Below the pieces are notes generated by a model. It was given only the letters and a program-made list of their open reading frames with translations. It had not been told where the DNA came from and searched no databases. A program made the position numbers and the translations under genes. A DNA stretch of 64,000 bases from Eledone cirrhosa (taxonomy: Eukaryota), in NCBI GenBank assembly GCA_964016885.1, contig OZ024741.1:382292001-382356000 (forward strand), read 5' to 3'. This document shows positions 29,930-42,000 of the stretch, one piece after another (positions within the stretch are counted from its first letter, which is position 1; each line of letters opens with the position of its first letter).

Positions 29930-30959
29930 GGGACGAGGTGACGAGCAGGGTGACTTCTCTCACCCAGAAATGGGCGGAGAGGAAGATATCCCTGAAAGGT
30001 CGAGCGGAAGGAGCGCTTGGAGACTGGAATGTTGGAATGTCTTCAGGCGCTCACAACCCTCGACCAATCGGGCAATGTGATCGGTGGAGACTCCACCTAG
30101 GCGTTCTATAGAGGATTAGTAGAGGGGAAGAGCTACGTGGTACTTGGGGAAACTCTAGGCGTCGACGAAAATCAACTAGCAAATCTCTTCGGAAGAACTT
30201 TCGCGCCGGCGCCTATGGACAACTTCCAGAAATCCCTGGCCAGGCAGTGCTACCGAGGAGCTTTGCCAGTTCGGGATAAACTCTACAGGCATGGAGGTGC
30301 CGTCAGAAGGGCGACGAAACCGTACTGGGCGAACTCGTCCAGTGTCCGAGCATTGCTGACTTGTGGGTTTACGTCGAACACCTGCTGTCGCGTGTAGGAC
30401 GGATCCAGCTATCAGCTGAGTCTATCGTGAGGATTGCGCCGCCCTCTTCTTTTAGCCGGGAAGGGCAGGCAGTTTTTATCTGTCTGCTGGCCATGGCGAA
30501 AGAGATAGTATGGTGGACACGTTTGAAAGGGCTGAAGACGAGCACTTTCCTCTTTGGTGATGCCCTGATTAACTTTTTCAAATTTCATTTGAAAAGGAAA
30601 ATCAGGGTAGAGAGGGAAGTGCTCTCTTCCCAGAATTTTGTTGAAAGATGGGTGAGAGTGGCAAGAATGGCCCGAGTGAGTGGGCTTACTCTGAGTATGT
30701 GTACGTAAATTAAAGGTGGAAAACTGGGAGAGGGTACTTGCCCTGGTGGTCAGGGTCACTGTAGCTTTTTAATGGGCCTTCTCCACGAATGGCTCTCGGA
30801 AATCTCCCCCAATTGGGGAATTTTTTCATTGTTCTATTATTATATCCTCTGTTTTTTGTTGTTTTTACACGCAGTAATGCCCTTTTGTACCGTACTGTAT
30901 TGTCCTGTACTGTCCTTAATGTCTACATTGTGTAAACCCTTGTGGTTAATAAAGAAAGC

Positions 30960-30960
<1 letters not shown>
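29930..30960 (+). mobile_element. Tx1/L1-clade LINE 3' fragment with complete 3' UTR, AATAAA and (TTA)n tail
   Basis: Homologous to 1133-1986; ORF2 end at 30708; ends ttgtggttaataaagaaagc then (tta)n at 30961-31039. Confidence 0.9.
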
Positions 30961-31028
<68 letters not shown>

Positions 31029-31039
31029 ATTATTATTAT

Positions 31040-32105
31040 TGGCGACCTACGTAGTAAATCGTATCATCGTGAGCTCCGCAAAGGTTTGTTATTTTCACTT
31101 GTTTAACATTGCCATTTATGGAAAATTTTCATTGTTAACTGTATATAATTGCACATACATTGATTTCTGAAAAGGACACTCAAAAATATTGAGGCCTTGA
31201 GCCCAACTTTTAAACTTTTTATAATTATCAAGCAAAAAAAAATTTCTTTGAAAATTCATGGCTGACTCAAACTCACACCTTCCTCACAAACTAACACCTC
31301 AGGCCGACACCACCATTGTAAATATTACTACGTTTGCCAATATTAAAAATATATGCAGTAGCAATATTTTAAATTTGTCTCAACCAGACATTCATTTCCC
31401 GCCTTTACCAATGACTGCAGGTGTTAAAGCCGCCATCCCCACCATCACCACTACAGCGACAACCCCCACCACCACTACCCAACGCGCCAGAACTAGCACC
31501 AGCGCCTACACCATCCACCACGCCACAACCAAAACCAACGCCTGTGGAGGATTTTCCACTCCCCGGCTTATCGCAACTGGAGACAGATTGTGACGACGAG
31601 GAGTGGGAAACGGTATCAGGAAAAAAGAAAAAAAGAAACCAAAAAAGAAAACAATTCCCTTCTTTCCCCCCTCCAAAAACAAAATACAGAGGGAAACAAA
31701 TAAATTATCAAACCAAAAAGTTAGGACAGATATGCCACCATCCACACCAGCATCACCAACCCCATCACCCCAAACACCAACACCATCACCATCATTAACC
31801 CCAACACCACCATCACCAACACCACAAATGTCACCAAAAAGCGTAATAGAAACAAACCCACAACAAATGCAAACAAAACAAAACAACCAAAAGGATACAC
31901 ACTACACAGCATTAAATTTGAACAACAACCAATTATTACACCAGCATCACAGAAAAAGACTACACAACAACCCAAAAGTTCACAACACCTCCACACATAC
32001 AAATCACTCGCATCACACAGAAAACGTACACGACACTAAAACAAAAGTTCCACAAATACATCGGAGACTTCCGACAAATACTACCAGGAGGATTTATAAT
32101 GACAT
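31040..32105 (+). mobile_element. Probable LINE 5' UTR + ORF1 N-terminal part (frameshifted, low complexity)
   Basis: Begins right after (TTA)n; ATG at 31258; EEWETVSGKKKKRNQKRK and Pro/Thr-rich segments typical of LINE ORF1 disordered regions. Confidence 0.45.
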
Positions 32106-33790
32106 CCTTCCGGAGGAGGCACAAGCGGTGAAAAGGATGGTTAAACCATCCTTCCTCTACGACAAGTAAGGTAAGTGGTCTTTCCCATCTTTTCCACTCC
32201 ATTTCAACATGACCTCACTCAGAATAGGCAGCATAAATGCGCGTGGCTTGGGGTCGTCATGGAAGCAGGGCCACCTGCTCAACGACCTAAGGTCACTAAA
32301 CATAGATGTAGGGGCCATCAGCGAGACCAGAATATCCGAAGCACGGGCCTTCGCACCGATCTTCGGCGGCTACGAAGTGTATGCATCTCCCAGCCATCCG
32401 GGATCGAGGGAGGAGTTGCTGTGCTTTTTCGGAGAGGTTTGGATCTCGCCATACGGCCATCTTCCTGGACCCAGAAGGTAAGTTAGTGGTGCTAGACGTG
32501 ACCAGTGGAGACGGGCAAGCTTTCAGGATAGTGGCCGTCTATGCCCCGACAGGAGCAGGGCGGCCTGATTTCTTCCGGCCTCTGGACCTTTCTTTGAGCA
32601 TACGGCTCTTTAGTGTTAGTGGGCGACTGGAACGGGATCTCAGATGCACGCTGGGACTGAGTGGGATTAGCGGATAGGGGAGGAGGTTGCAAGAGCCTCA
32701 CCAAACTGTTCAGGCGTTTGACAGGTACCGATTGGATTTCCCGAATGTGCCAATGTGGATTGAACAAATTGCATAGGGTCATCCAGATCATATCTAGATA
32801 GAGTATGTTGTAAGGAAATAGATAGGTCTAGCATAGGCTGTCCAGAATTCAAGATAGTCAACTACAGGGACCACAAATTCGTGATCTGTGTGCTTTACTT
32901 AGATAGGCTTCATAGACGAGGACCCGGCTACTAGAAGCTAAACGCGTCCTTACCAGCGCGCAAGGTCTACAGAGACCGGATTAGCGAACTAGTTAGGCGG
33001 GCGTTGATGGGGGCCATCTTCAACAACAAGTGGTGGTTTGCGCTGAAAAGAGCAATTAGAATAGAGTCCAGAGATTTAGTAAGGCTTTAGCAATAGAGAA
33101 AAATAGAGCAGAGGGAGAATTAGTTAGAAAATTAGACGAGACGCTTAGCATTGGCATCGCGACCGACGTACTTGCGGCGAAATTGGCCCTTAACCAATTC
33201 TTCAATGCAAAGCACGTAGGCTGCATTGTCAGAGCTAGGGTGCGTGCTCTCAGACACGAGGGGACGAAAGCCCTTCAATAGGCCGAAGTGGCCGAGGCGC
33301 GTCGTGGCAACAAAGCCACGATCCGGTCTTTGGTAGACCACGACGGGCGCATGCTACTAGATCCCGGGCAAATGTGTCAAGCTTTTCAGCGACACTTCGC
33401 CCTGCCGTTCAGGGGCAGCGGCGGGCCGGATCTAAGGATGAACTTTAGTGTCTACCTCGACGGACTGCCGCGGCTCTCGGCCACTGAGGCGGAGTGTTGC
33501 GAAAAGCCGATAACAGCCAATTAAGTACGGGAGGCAATGAGTGGCTGCACAAGGGCTAAATCGCCTGGTTTGGATGGTCTGCCCTATGAACTTTACGTAC
33601 AGATGTGCTTTCTCCACGAATGGCTATCGGAAGTCTCCCCCCTATTGGGGAAGTTTTTCATTGTTCTATTATTATATCCTCTGTTTTTTGCTGTTTTTAC
33701 ACGCAGAAATGCCCTTTTGTATCGTCATGTATTGTCCTGTACTGTCCTTAACGTTTACTTTACGTAAATCCTTGTGGTTAATAAAGAAAG
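32105..33790 (+). mobile_element. Tx1/L1-clade LINE: ORF1 end, APE endonuclease, linker, then deletion into the 3' UTR
   Basis: 32209 MTSLRIGSINARGL..AISET, VYAP, GDWN, SYLDRV, DHK; 33360-33605 matches 9-253; 33606-33790 matches 30775-30960. Confidence 0.9.
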
Positions 33791-33812
33791 CATTATCATT
33801 ATTATTATTATT

Positions 33813-36143
33813 ACAGCTGCATTTATCTTGCTTTATGGTCATACGAGTTATCACCAAGTCACAACCAGTAACCTCAATAGACCACAAGGTCCGCCATGTT
33901 CAAGAAAGAACATACATACTCACACATGCATCGTTAGGTGTTTAGACTTGTGATGTACTTATATTGACAGAATCTTCCTTAGTATATGGGCAGATCCCAT
34001 TAGTACTAACTTTAGTATTTCTCCTATACGCGGGTTTCCTGGGATTTGCGATAAGTAATCATTAGACCCCTTAGGTATCATTCCTAGAGCACCTACAACC
34101 ACTGGTATTGTTTTAGTTCTCTATTTCCATATTTTTCCAATTTCTTTCTCCAAGTCCTTATACTTGCTCAGTTTTCAAATGTTTTTATAGATACATTCTT
34201 GTCTATTGGAACGGCATATCAATTATCAGGTATACCCTCTTTTTAAAGTCATTCAGTATTATATCAGGTCTATTTGCATCTATTTTTCGGTCTGATTGGA
34301 TGCTAAAGTTCCAAAAGATTCAGATGTGATATTTTTCAAGTATGGGAGGTGGTTGATGCTCCCACCAATTCTTTTGAATGTATGTATTTGAATGTATGTA
34401 TTGTGCAGCTCTGTCATGCCTGTTTAGGTATTCGGTTGGAGCTATAGGACTACACATTGAAATGATATGGTCAATGGTCTCTGGTTGTTTTTTACATTTT
34501 TTGTTGGCAGACACTGATCTTGTGCTGATATAAACAGTCCTTCAGTCTCCGATTTCAGTCCAGAGAATTTCAACCACTGATGGGTTAAAGTGTTGTCATC
34601 ATCAGGATTGTTAGCTCTTTCTGGGTATTTTCCATACAGAGGCTTTTCTTGCCATTTCTTAGCCAGTTTCTGTAGCAGTTCTTTCTTTGCAGTTACTTTT
34701 ACCTGCTTTGCTTTTTCTGTGTTTTCCATTTCAGCAGTAAATGGGTCTTCTGAAATGTGTAGTCCGTTACTGTATTTTTGTGCATCCTTTGTAATGGAGT
34801 ATGATCTTTTGATGCTTTCGTGTTTCAAAACGAGTTTGATCATGCAATCATATGATTCCCTTATGTAGATAATCCAATCGTCGCAGTTTTCAATGCAATA
34901 TCTAACTGGATTAACCCACGTCCTCCTTCTTTCCTAGGGAGATATATTCTATCTGTATCTGCCTTAGGGTGATGCATTCTGTGCATGGTTAAGAATTTTC
35001 GCATTTTTATATCGAGCCTACGGATCTCTGTGCTTGACCAGTTGATGACATTGTAACTGTAGGTTACTACTGGTATGGCAAGCGTTTTTATGGCATCGAT
35101 CATATTCCTTGCATTCAATTCCGTTCTTAAGATTGCTCTTACTCTGCCGTAACATTCCTTCCTTATCCTTTCCCTCATTGTCGAGTGCTTGATTCCGTCT
35201 CCTTCACAAACACCTAGATATTTGTAAGTTTCCTCTTGATCAAGTTCTCTTATCACATTCCCCCGATCAAGATTAATGTCTGAACTTTTCAGCAGCTTTC
35301 CTCTGGTGAAAGTTGCTTTGGCACATTTATCTAGTCCAAACTCCATTTTAATGTCATCACTGAACGGCCCCACAGTGGATAATAGCCCTTGCAATTGTTC
35401 ATCATTTTTTGCAAATAGTTTCAGGTCATCCATGTAGAACAAGTGATTAATGGTTTTGTCATATACTTAATGGTATAAGTGCGCTGCAGAATAAAAGCGG
35501 TGATAAAGAGTCACCCTGAAAAATTACACAATTAATATTAACTTCTCCAGCTTCCAGTGATTTTATTTTCACTATTAAAAAGCATTGTCGTTTTCCATGT
35601 CTTCATACTGAATAACAAAAATCTCCTGACAACGGGAGATATTTTGAAACTCTCTAAACATTTTTCAATCCAACTGTGTGGCAAACTATCGAATGCTTTT
35701 TTATAATCTATCCAAGCAATTGATAGATTTTTGTGTCTATTATGACAATCATCCAGTATCATTTTGTTAACCAAAAGCTTATCCTTACAGCCATATGAGC
35801 CTCGTTTACACCTTTTCTGCTCAATGGGAAATAGGTCTTTTGTTATCAGGTGTCATATGTATATTCAGCTAGGACTGATGTTAACATTTTATACATTGTG
35901 GTCAAACAAGTTATCGTCTGTAATTTTTGGGATGGTTAGTCTCATCATTCTTCGGAAGCAGGAATGTAATGCCATGATGGTATCTTTTCTGGCTCCTTAA
36001 CTATTTAATTGTAAAGTCGGGCTAACAGCTCATGAGACTCTGTGAAGGTATTTATCAAAACATTTTGTATTTTGTCTTTTCCTGGGGATTTCCATTTGTT
36101 GGTTTTTCTAAGAGCCAAACGCAACTGTTCAACTGGATATTTT
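33813..36143 (-). mobile_element. R4/Dong-type LINE family A (RT, CCHC finger, RLE endonuclease, 3' UTR)
   Basis: WIDYKKAFDS, YMDDLKLF, HHPKADTDRIYLPRKEGGRGL, SETEGLFISAQDQ, CKKQPETIDHIISMC, RPDII..D, GSAHILRK. Confidence 0.92.
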
Positions 36144-36144
36144 T

Positions 36145-37580
36145 GGTAGTGGAGCAGGAAAATTTGACCGTTGATCTATTTAAAATTTGATGGTATTTAT
36201 GATTTGGCGGAAAGTTTTTCTCAAGGATAGTAAAACAATGTTTAGGGATATTATCTTTAATTTGTAGATTAAATGGAGCATTATATCAAGTAACTCGTCT
36301 ATTACGGTTTCGATGTTGTTTTTTATATTTATACGATGTATCAGGATGTTTACTAAGAGAGTTAGTATTAGTGAATTTATTATATATTTATTATATATTA
36401 TCACGCATGCTAGACGAACACTACTGGAATTTCAGAAGGAATACTGGACCAGAAATACATATACTGTCTATTCGACATCACTATGGGCTCTAGTGATTCT
36501 GCCCTAATTACCGATCTTGTGGGCCGTTTCTTCTATTTAACATAAATGCTTCTTTTCCCCACCTTAAAGGTGGTTTATATCGTGATTACTGTCTTCTTCT
36601 TTCCACTAAACTTAGCCTATCAGAAATTTAAAAAAATAAAAAAACTTAGAACTTTCCTCAAAGACTATTATATTCTCACTATTACATTTGAAAAAACCAG
36701 TAAAGTAGTTAATTTCCTTGATATAACTTTAGACTTATCTACGGGTATCTACCAACTTACATAAACCTAACCAAAACTTACATTACACACACTCACAATC
36801 CAATCACGCTAGATCAATTCTTAAATACCTAGCATATAATATCTCACTCAGAATGTCTAACCTTTCATCTAACCAGAATGTATTCGATAAAAATGCGACC
36901 TTTTACAACGAAGCTTTAGCTAGAAGCGGCCACAAAAACAAATTAGTATATATACTTTGTACCAATAATATTTCAAACATACAAACCAATATTACCAACA
37001 AACACCAAATGAAAAACACACACCTACATGCCACTCACACTATACACAAAAATACCAACTTAAAACTTAATTTCTCTACCTCTTCTCACATACAATATAA
37101 CTTTCAACAAAACATTCATCCTAATACTCCAATATACGTTAATAACATTATTAACAAAATTCCTAATAATTGTTTCTACTTTTGGCACAAGGCCAGAAAT
37201 TACTCAGTGCATTAATGGTACTTTATTTTATCGACCCCGTAAGGATGAAAGGCAAAGTTAACCTCGGCGGGATTTGAACTCAGACTGGCAAGGGCCGTAA
37301 CTCTATACGTCAAAGCATGGCGTCCGACCCTCTACCGATACTGCCAATCCACCGCCCTTAAAATGCTTAATAACAAGACTAAAACACCTAAATCAGTTAA
37401 TCTAACTAAACCTATATATAATAAATTCACTAATACTAACTCTCTTAGTAAACATCCTGATACATCGTATAAATATAAAAAACAACATCGAAACCGTAAT
37501 AGACTTGGTATAATGCTCCATTTAATTTACAAATTAAAGATAATATCTCTATAAATGTTTTTAATATCCTAGAGAAAACT
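36145..37580 (+). mobile_element. Decayed PLE RT fragment with inverted segment at its 5' side
   Basis: VNFLDITLDL, SNH, FDKNATFYNEALARSG; 36230-36385 is the reverse complement of 37415-37580. Confidence 0.8.
37164..37357 (-). mobile_element. Meta-domain SINE inserted in the PLE
   Basis: Reverse complement of the 3941 family; imperfect flanking repeat aaaattcctaata / aaaatgcttaata. Confidence 0.85.
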
Positions 37581-37818
37581 CATATATATCCTAGAAACGA
37601 TCGTAAAATGATGATTTTTTTAATATAAGGAACTGTTTCTTTGTTTTTATTCATTGTTTTTATTAATTTATCTAGACTCTGTTTTCCTGTGATTTTCATC
37701 GAAAAAATTGTTGAATATATCTTTTCTTTTCATGATATTTGGAATACATTGTGTTCTTCATACGGATTGGACACTACCGTATATTTTGGTAGATTTATCT
37801 ACACATATATATATATAT

Positions 37819-37855
<37 letters not shown>

Positions 37856-37856
<1 letters not shown>

Positions 37857-38610
37857 TGTTATGCTTTGGGAGGGTCATATTGGCAATAAGAAACACACGC
37901 ACCATTTGGTTTCACTCCAATTTATTATAAATTAAATTAATAAATTTAAGAATTTATACATTTCCGGTTGGTTGGTTCCATAACCGGACGGTTGTTCATA
38001 TATTGTCAAAGTTCTTTCGTCACACATTATGTGACCTCTTCAGTGTCTGGGGATTATTTTCTTTGTTTTGTGCCTCCCCTTTGTTCTGTCCTACGGCATA
38101 TTGTTTTTGTGTGTGTTGTGTACTTAGTTTACGCATGTGTTACATCCGGGTGTCTGTGTGTGTTTTTATTTGTTTATTTATTTGATTATTTACATGTTAC
38201 TGGTTGGTTGTTTGTTCTATGTGTGTGTGTGTTTTCATTTTGTCCTTAGTTGTAAGTTGTGATGTTGCTATTCCATTCATGTTTTCTATTTAATTTTGGT
38301 TGCAGTTCATTTATGTTTATTTCCTCTGTGATTAGTCTAATCATTACGTCTTTTCTGTGTGTAGATTCTATTTTTATTTCTATGTTTTTTAATTTGCCCT
38401 TATGTTCTATTTTATCATGTTGGTGGAGTATTGATGATTTTCTTTTCCAACCGGAAATTTATAAATTCTTTAATTTATAATAAATTGGAGTGAAAGCGAT
38501 TGGTGCGTGTGTTCCTTATTGGCAACATGACCCTCCCAAAGCATAACAATATCGGTTTCAACACACATTTTCAGATAAATAATCTTGCTAAACAAATTCA
38601 GAAACGAAAT
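37856..38610. repeat. Family X repeat as inverted arms
   Basis: 37856-37975 pairs with 38445-38552. Confidence 0.7.
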
Positions 38611-38948
38611 ATATATATATATGTTGTGAAATGGGTGAACATCGTCTGAGTCGAGTCAGGATACAGGCAAAATTTACACATTAATGTAAAAGATGCCGAG
38701 GAAGCGACAGGTGTACTTGGGGTTTTCTAAATTGAAAAATGTGGTCCCTAGGGCCAATTTAACTTCTTCACTCTCTCTGTCGCTCTTCACGCCCTATATG
38801 ACGACACTGCAGGGAGAGATAGGCCGTTAGACAGAGAGAGATAGAATTAAAGTGTTAGATATTCAGAGAGAGAGACAGAGAGGGACCAGCAAACTTTAGT
38901 TAACTTTCAGTAACATGTTATATATCATTGATCTGTCGTCCCTCGCAT

Positions 38949-39087
<139 letters not shown>

Positions 39088-39088
39088 G

Positions 39089-42000
39089 ATACTTATATAA
39101 ACCTGAGCACCGTGTGTATGTGTATATGTGTGTATGTATCCTACACACATCCCTATACTATTTAACCTAACATACTTTTATATCCATCTCTTAGTGAAGC
39201 ATTTCCAATTCATTATACGTAAACAATGACATTAATTTTTCGCTTTTAGCTTAGCATTTTACATTCAATGCCTCCCTTTTTTAATGCATCTTTTTTATTG
39301 AAACGACTACATACTCTCAGTGGTTCAGTATGTAACCTAAAATACTTTTACACTGCTTCTATTGTAGCGTTATACGATATGCCTAACCAAAAACGACCAG
39401 TATTTTCTTCTAAACGAAATAAAGCCCTTAAATTGCGGAGAATGGAGGCGCGTGGGCAGGTAGGGTTTTTTTATCGATATCCTTTGTTATTTTGCTTCTT
39501 TTATCTCCATAAAAATATTATTTCTATTTTGAGAAGTTGTAAATCAATAATGGCGGAGTTAAAGCATTCAGTTTTCTTTTTACCTCCAGGAGACATCGGA
39601 TGCAAGGGAGGCCTGTCTTACTGCCCAGCGCATTCAGCGCCAACACTCACGTCTCGACGAGACTCCCGAGGCAAGTGAGGCCCGTTTTAATTCCCAGCGC
39701 AATCGCGACCAACGCTCACGTCTCGAGGAGACTCCGGAGGCAAGGGACGCCCGTCTTTCTGACCAGCGCGATCAGCACCAACGCTCACGTCTCGATGAGA
39801 CTTCGGAGGCAAAGGAGGACTCTGTTTCTGATCAGTGCACTCGAAACCAACTCTCACTTCTCAACGAGACTCCGGAGGCAAGGTCTTTCTGATCAGCGTA
39901 CTCGACGTCACCGCTCTCGTCTCAACGAGACTCCCGAGGCAAGGGAAGAAAGGCTGGCGGGTAGACGGCGTGAACGTCAAGAAAATGCTGCTACTACAAA
40001 GGACACATTTTGCTTAAAAGCTGGTTTAACTACATTCCTTCTGATGATTAAGCCAATCACCCGGATTTGACTCTTGGAAAAATGGATAAGGTATGTCAGT
40101 CCTGTGGGACTAAGGAGTGGGTCGGTGAGGCTCCAGGTCTTTGCTGTTCCGTGGGCAAAGTTCGACTTCAGGCCCTGGCTGATCCTCCTGATTTGCTGCA
40201 AAATCTTCTCATTGGTAGCTCTGACCACGGAGTGAAGTTTCGCAAAAACATTTGGAGATACAATTCATGTTTCGCTATGACATCATCTGGTGTAAGGGAT
40301 GGCAGACACAACAAAAAGAACAACAACAGCCACAACACCGGTGTCGCCAGCAATTGTGACAACAGCGAAGAAAGAAAGAAAAACATTACACCTATAAAAT
40401 TCAAGGTCAGTGTTACCACCTAATGGGAAGCCGTCGCCACAGCTATCCGAGGACCCTAAATTCCTCCAGGTATTCTTCATGGACGGGAATCATAAGGAAG
40501 TTTCCCAAAGATTCAAGATCAATTCATCTGTTGAAAGGAACGTTGTTGCGGAACTTCAAACTATGCTCCATGCAACCCATCCGTACGTCCGTGACTTGAA
40601 GAGTGCTTTGGAGCTTTTGGACTCTAGACATGATATGAAATTGGTCATCAGAGCTGACAGACGACCGGCGGGTGGGCATCCTGGTGCTTCAACGCTCCAA
40701 CTACCAACGACGTAGCAGCAATCATGGTTGACGAAAATCATGGTGCACGTAGCATCATCATTCAGCATCGCAATAACAGACTGACGTTCGTTGCAGAAAC
40801 CCATCGGTTGTACGATTGCTTGCAGTACCCTTTTCTTTTTCCCTACGGTGATGACGGCTACAACTTCGAGATCCCCGCAATTGATCCGAAATGTCTTGCT
40901 ACTTTACCAAAGAAAGTTTCCAGCGTGGATTTTTATGCATACCGACTCATGATCAGAGACGGTCAATTTAACCAACTACTTAGGTTCAAAGAGGTGACAA
41001 ATCAGTTCTTGGTTGATATGTACGCAAAGATTGAAGCAGAGCGTCTTCTGTACATACGTACCCATCAAAAAGAACTAAGAGGGGTCCAATACACTCATCT
41101 TAAGGATGCTTTGCAGCGTGATGGTGACGCAACCAATGTTGGGCATCACGTGATCCTTCCTTCAAACTTTAGTGGCTCACCTCGGTACATGCTTAAATGG
41201 ACACAGGATGCCATGGCGTATGTCCGTAAATTTGGGTGGCCGGATATATTTATTACCTTCACATGTAATCCTAATTGGGTGGAGATTAAGGAGAATTTAT
41301 TGGCGGGCCAGGTGACGAGTAACAGGAATGATATTACAGCCAGAGTCTTCCACGGAAAGTTGAAGAAACTAATGTGCTTGCTAAAAGATAAGGCCATTTA
41401 CGGACAACTCAATGCTTGGATGTATACTGTGGAATGGCAGAAGCGGGGTCTTTCACACGCACATATTCTTATTTGGTGCAAAGAACGAATCAGACCGACG
41501 GACATTGATCGCGTTATATGTGCAGAGTTGCCCGATCCTCAAATTGATTTGCAGCTTTACAACAGTGTGCTGGCTAATATGATACATGGACCATGTGGTG
41601 CCCTTAACAGCCAAAATGTATGCACCGAACACTATGCCAGAGCCTTCACCAGGATAACTTTCACTGTGGTTGACGGCTACCTCCATCTACCGGCGGCGTG
41701 CTCCCGATGTTGGCGGCCTTTCAGTTAGGATTAAGAAGAAAGGGAAAAAATACAACATTGACAACAGCTGGGTGGTGCCTCACAGCCTTTTGATTGCTAA
41801 AAGTGTTAATGCTCACATCAATTAGGAGTCCTGTACATCTGTTAAAAGCTTTCAATATATGTGAAAATACATAAAAAAAAAGGCGGCGACATGGCGGTGG
41901 TTGGCCTCAGTGATGGCGTCGAATCAAAAAACAAAATTACTCAGTTCATGATGGGAAGATGCATTTCGTCCAATATGGCGGCTTGGCGCATTTTGGGGCT

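Noticed and set aside
39590-39950. CRISPR-like periodic repeat
   Set aside because: The whole 69-bp unit repeats with no unique spacers, it is coding, lies in a Helitron, and there are no cas genes.
40724-41728. Host PIF1 or domesticated Rep gene
   Set aside because: The surrounding RepHel has many stops and frameshifts and a Helitron 3' terminus.
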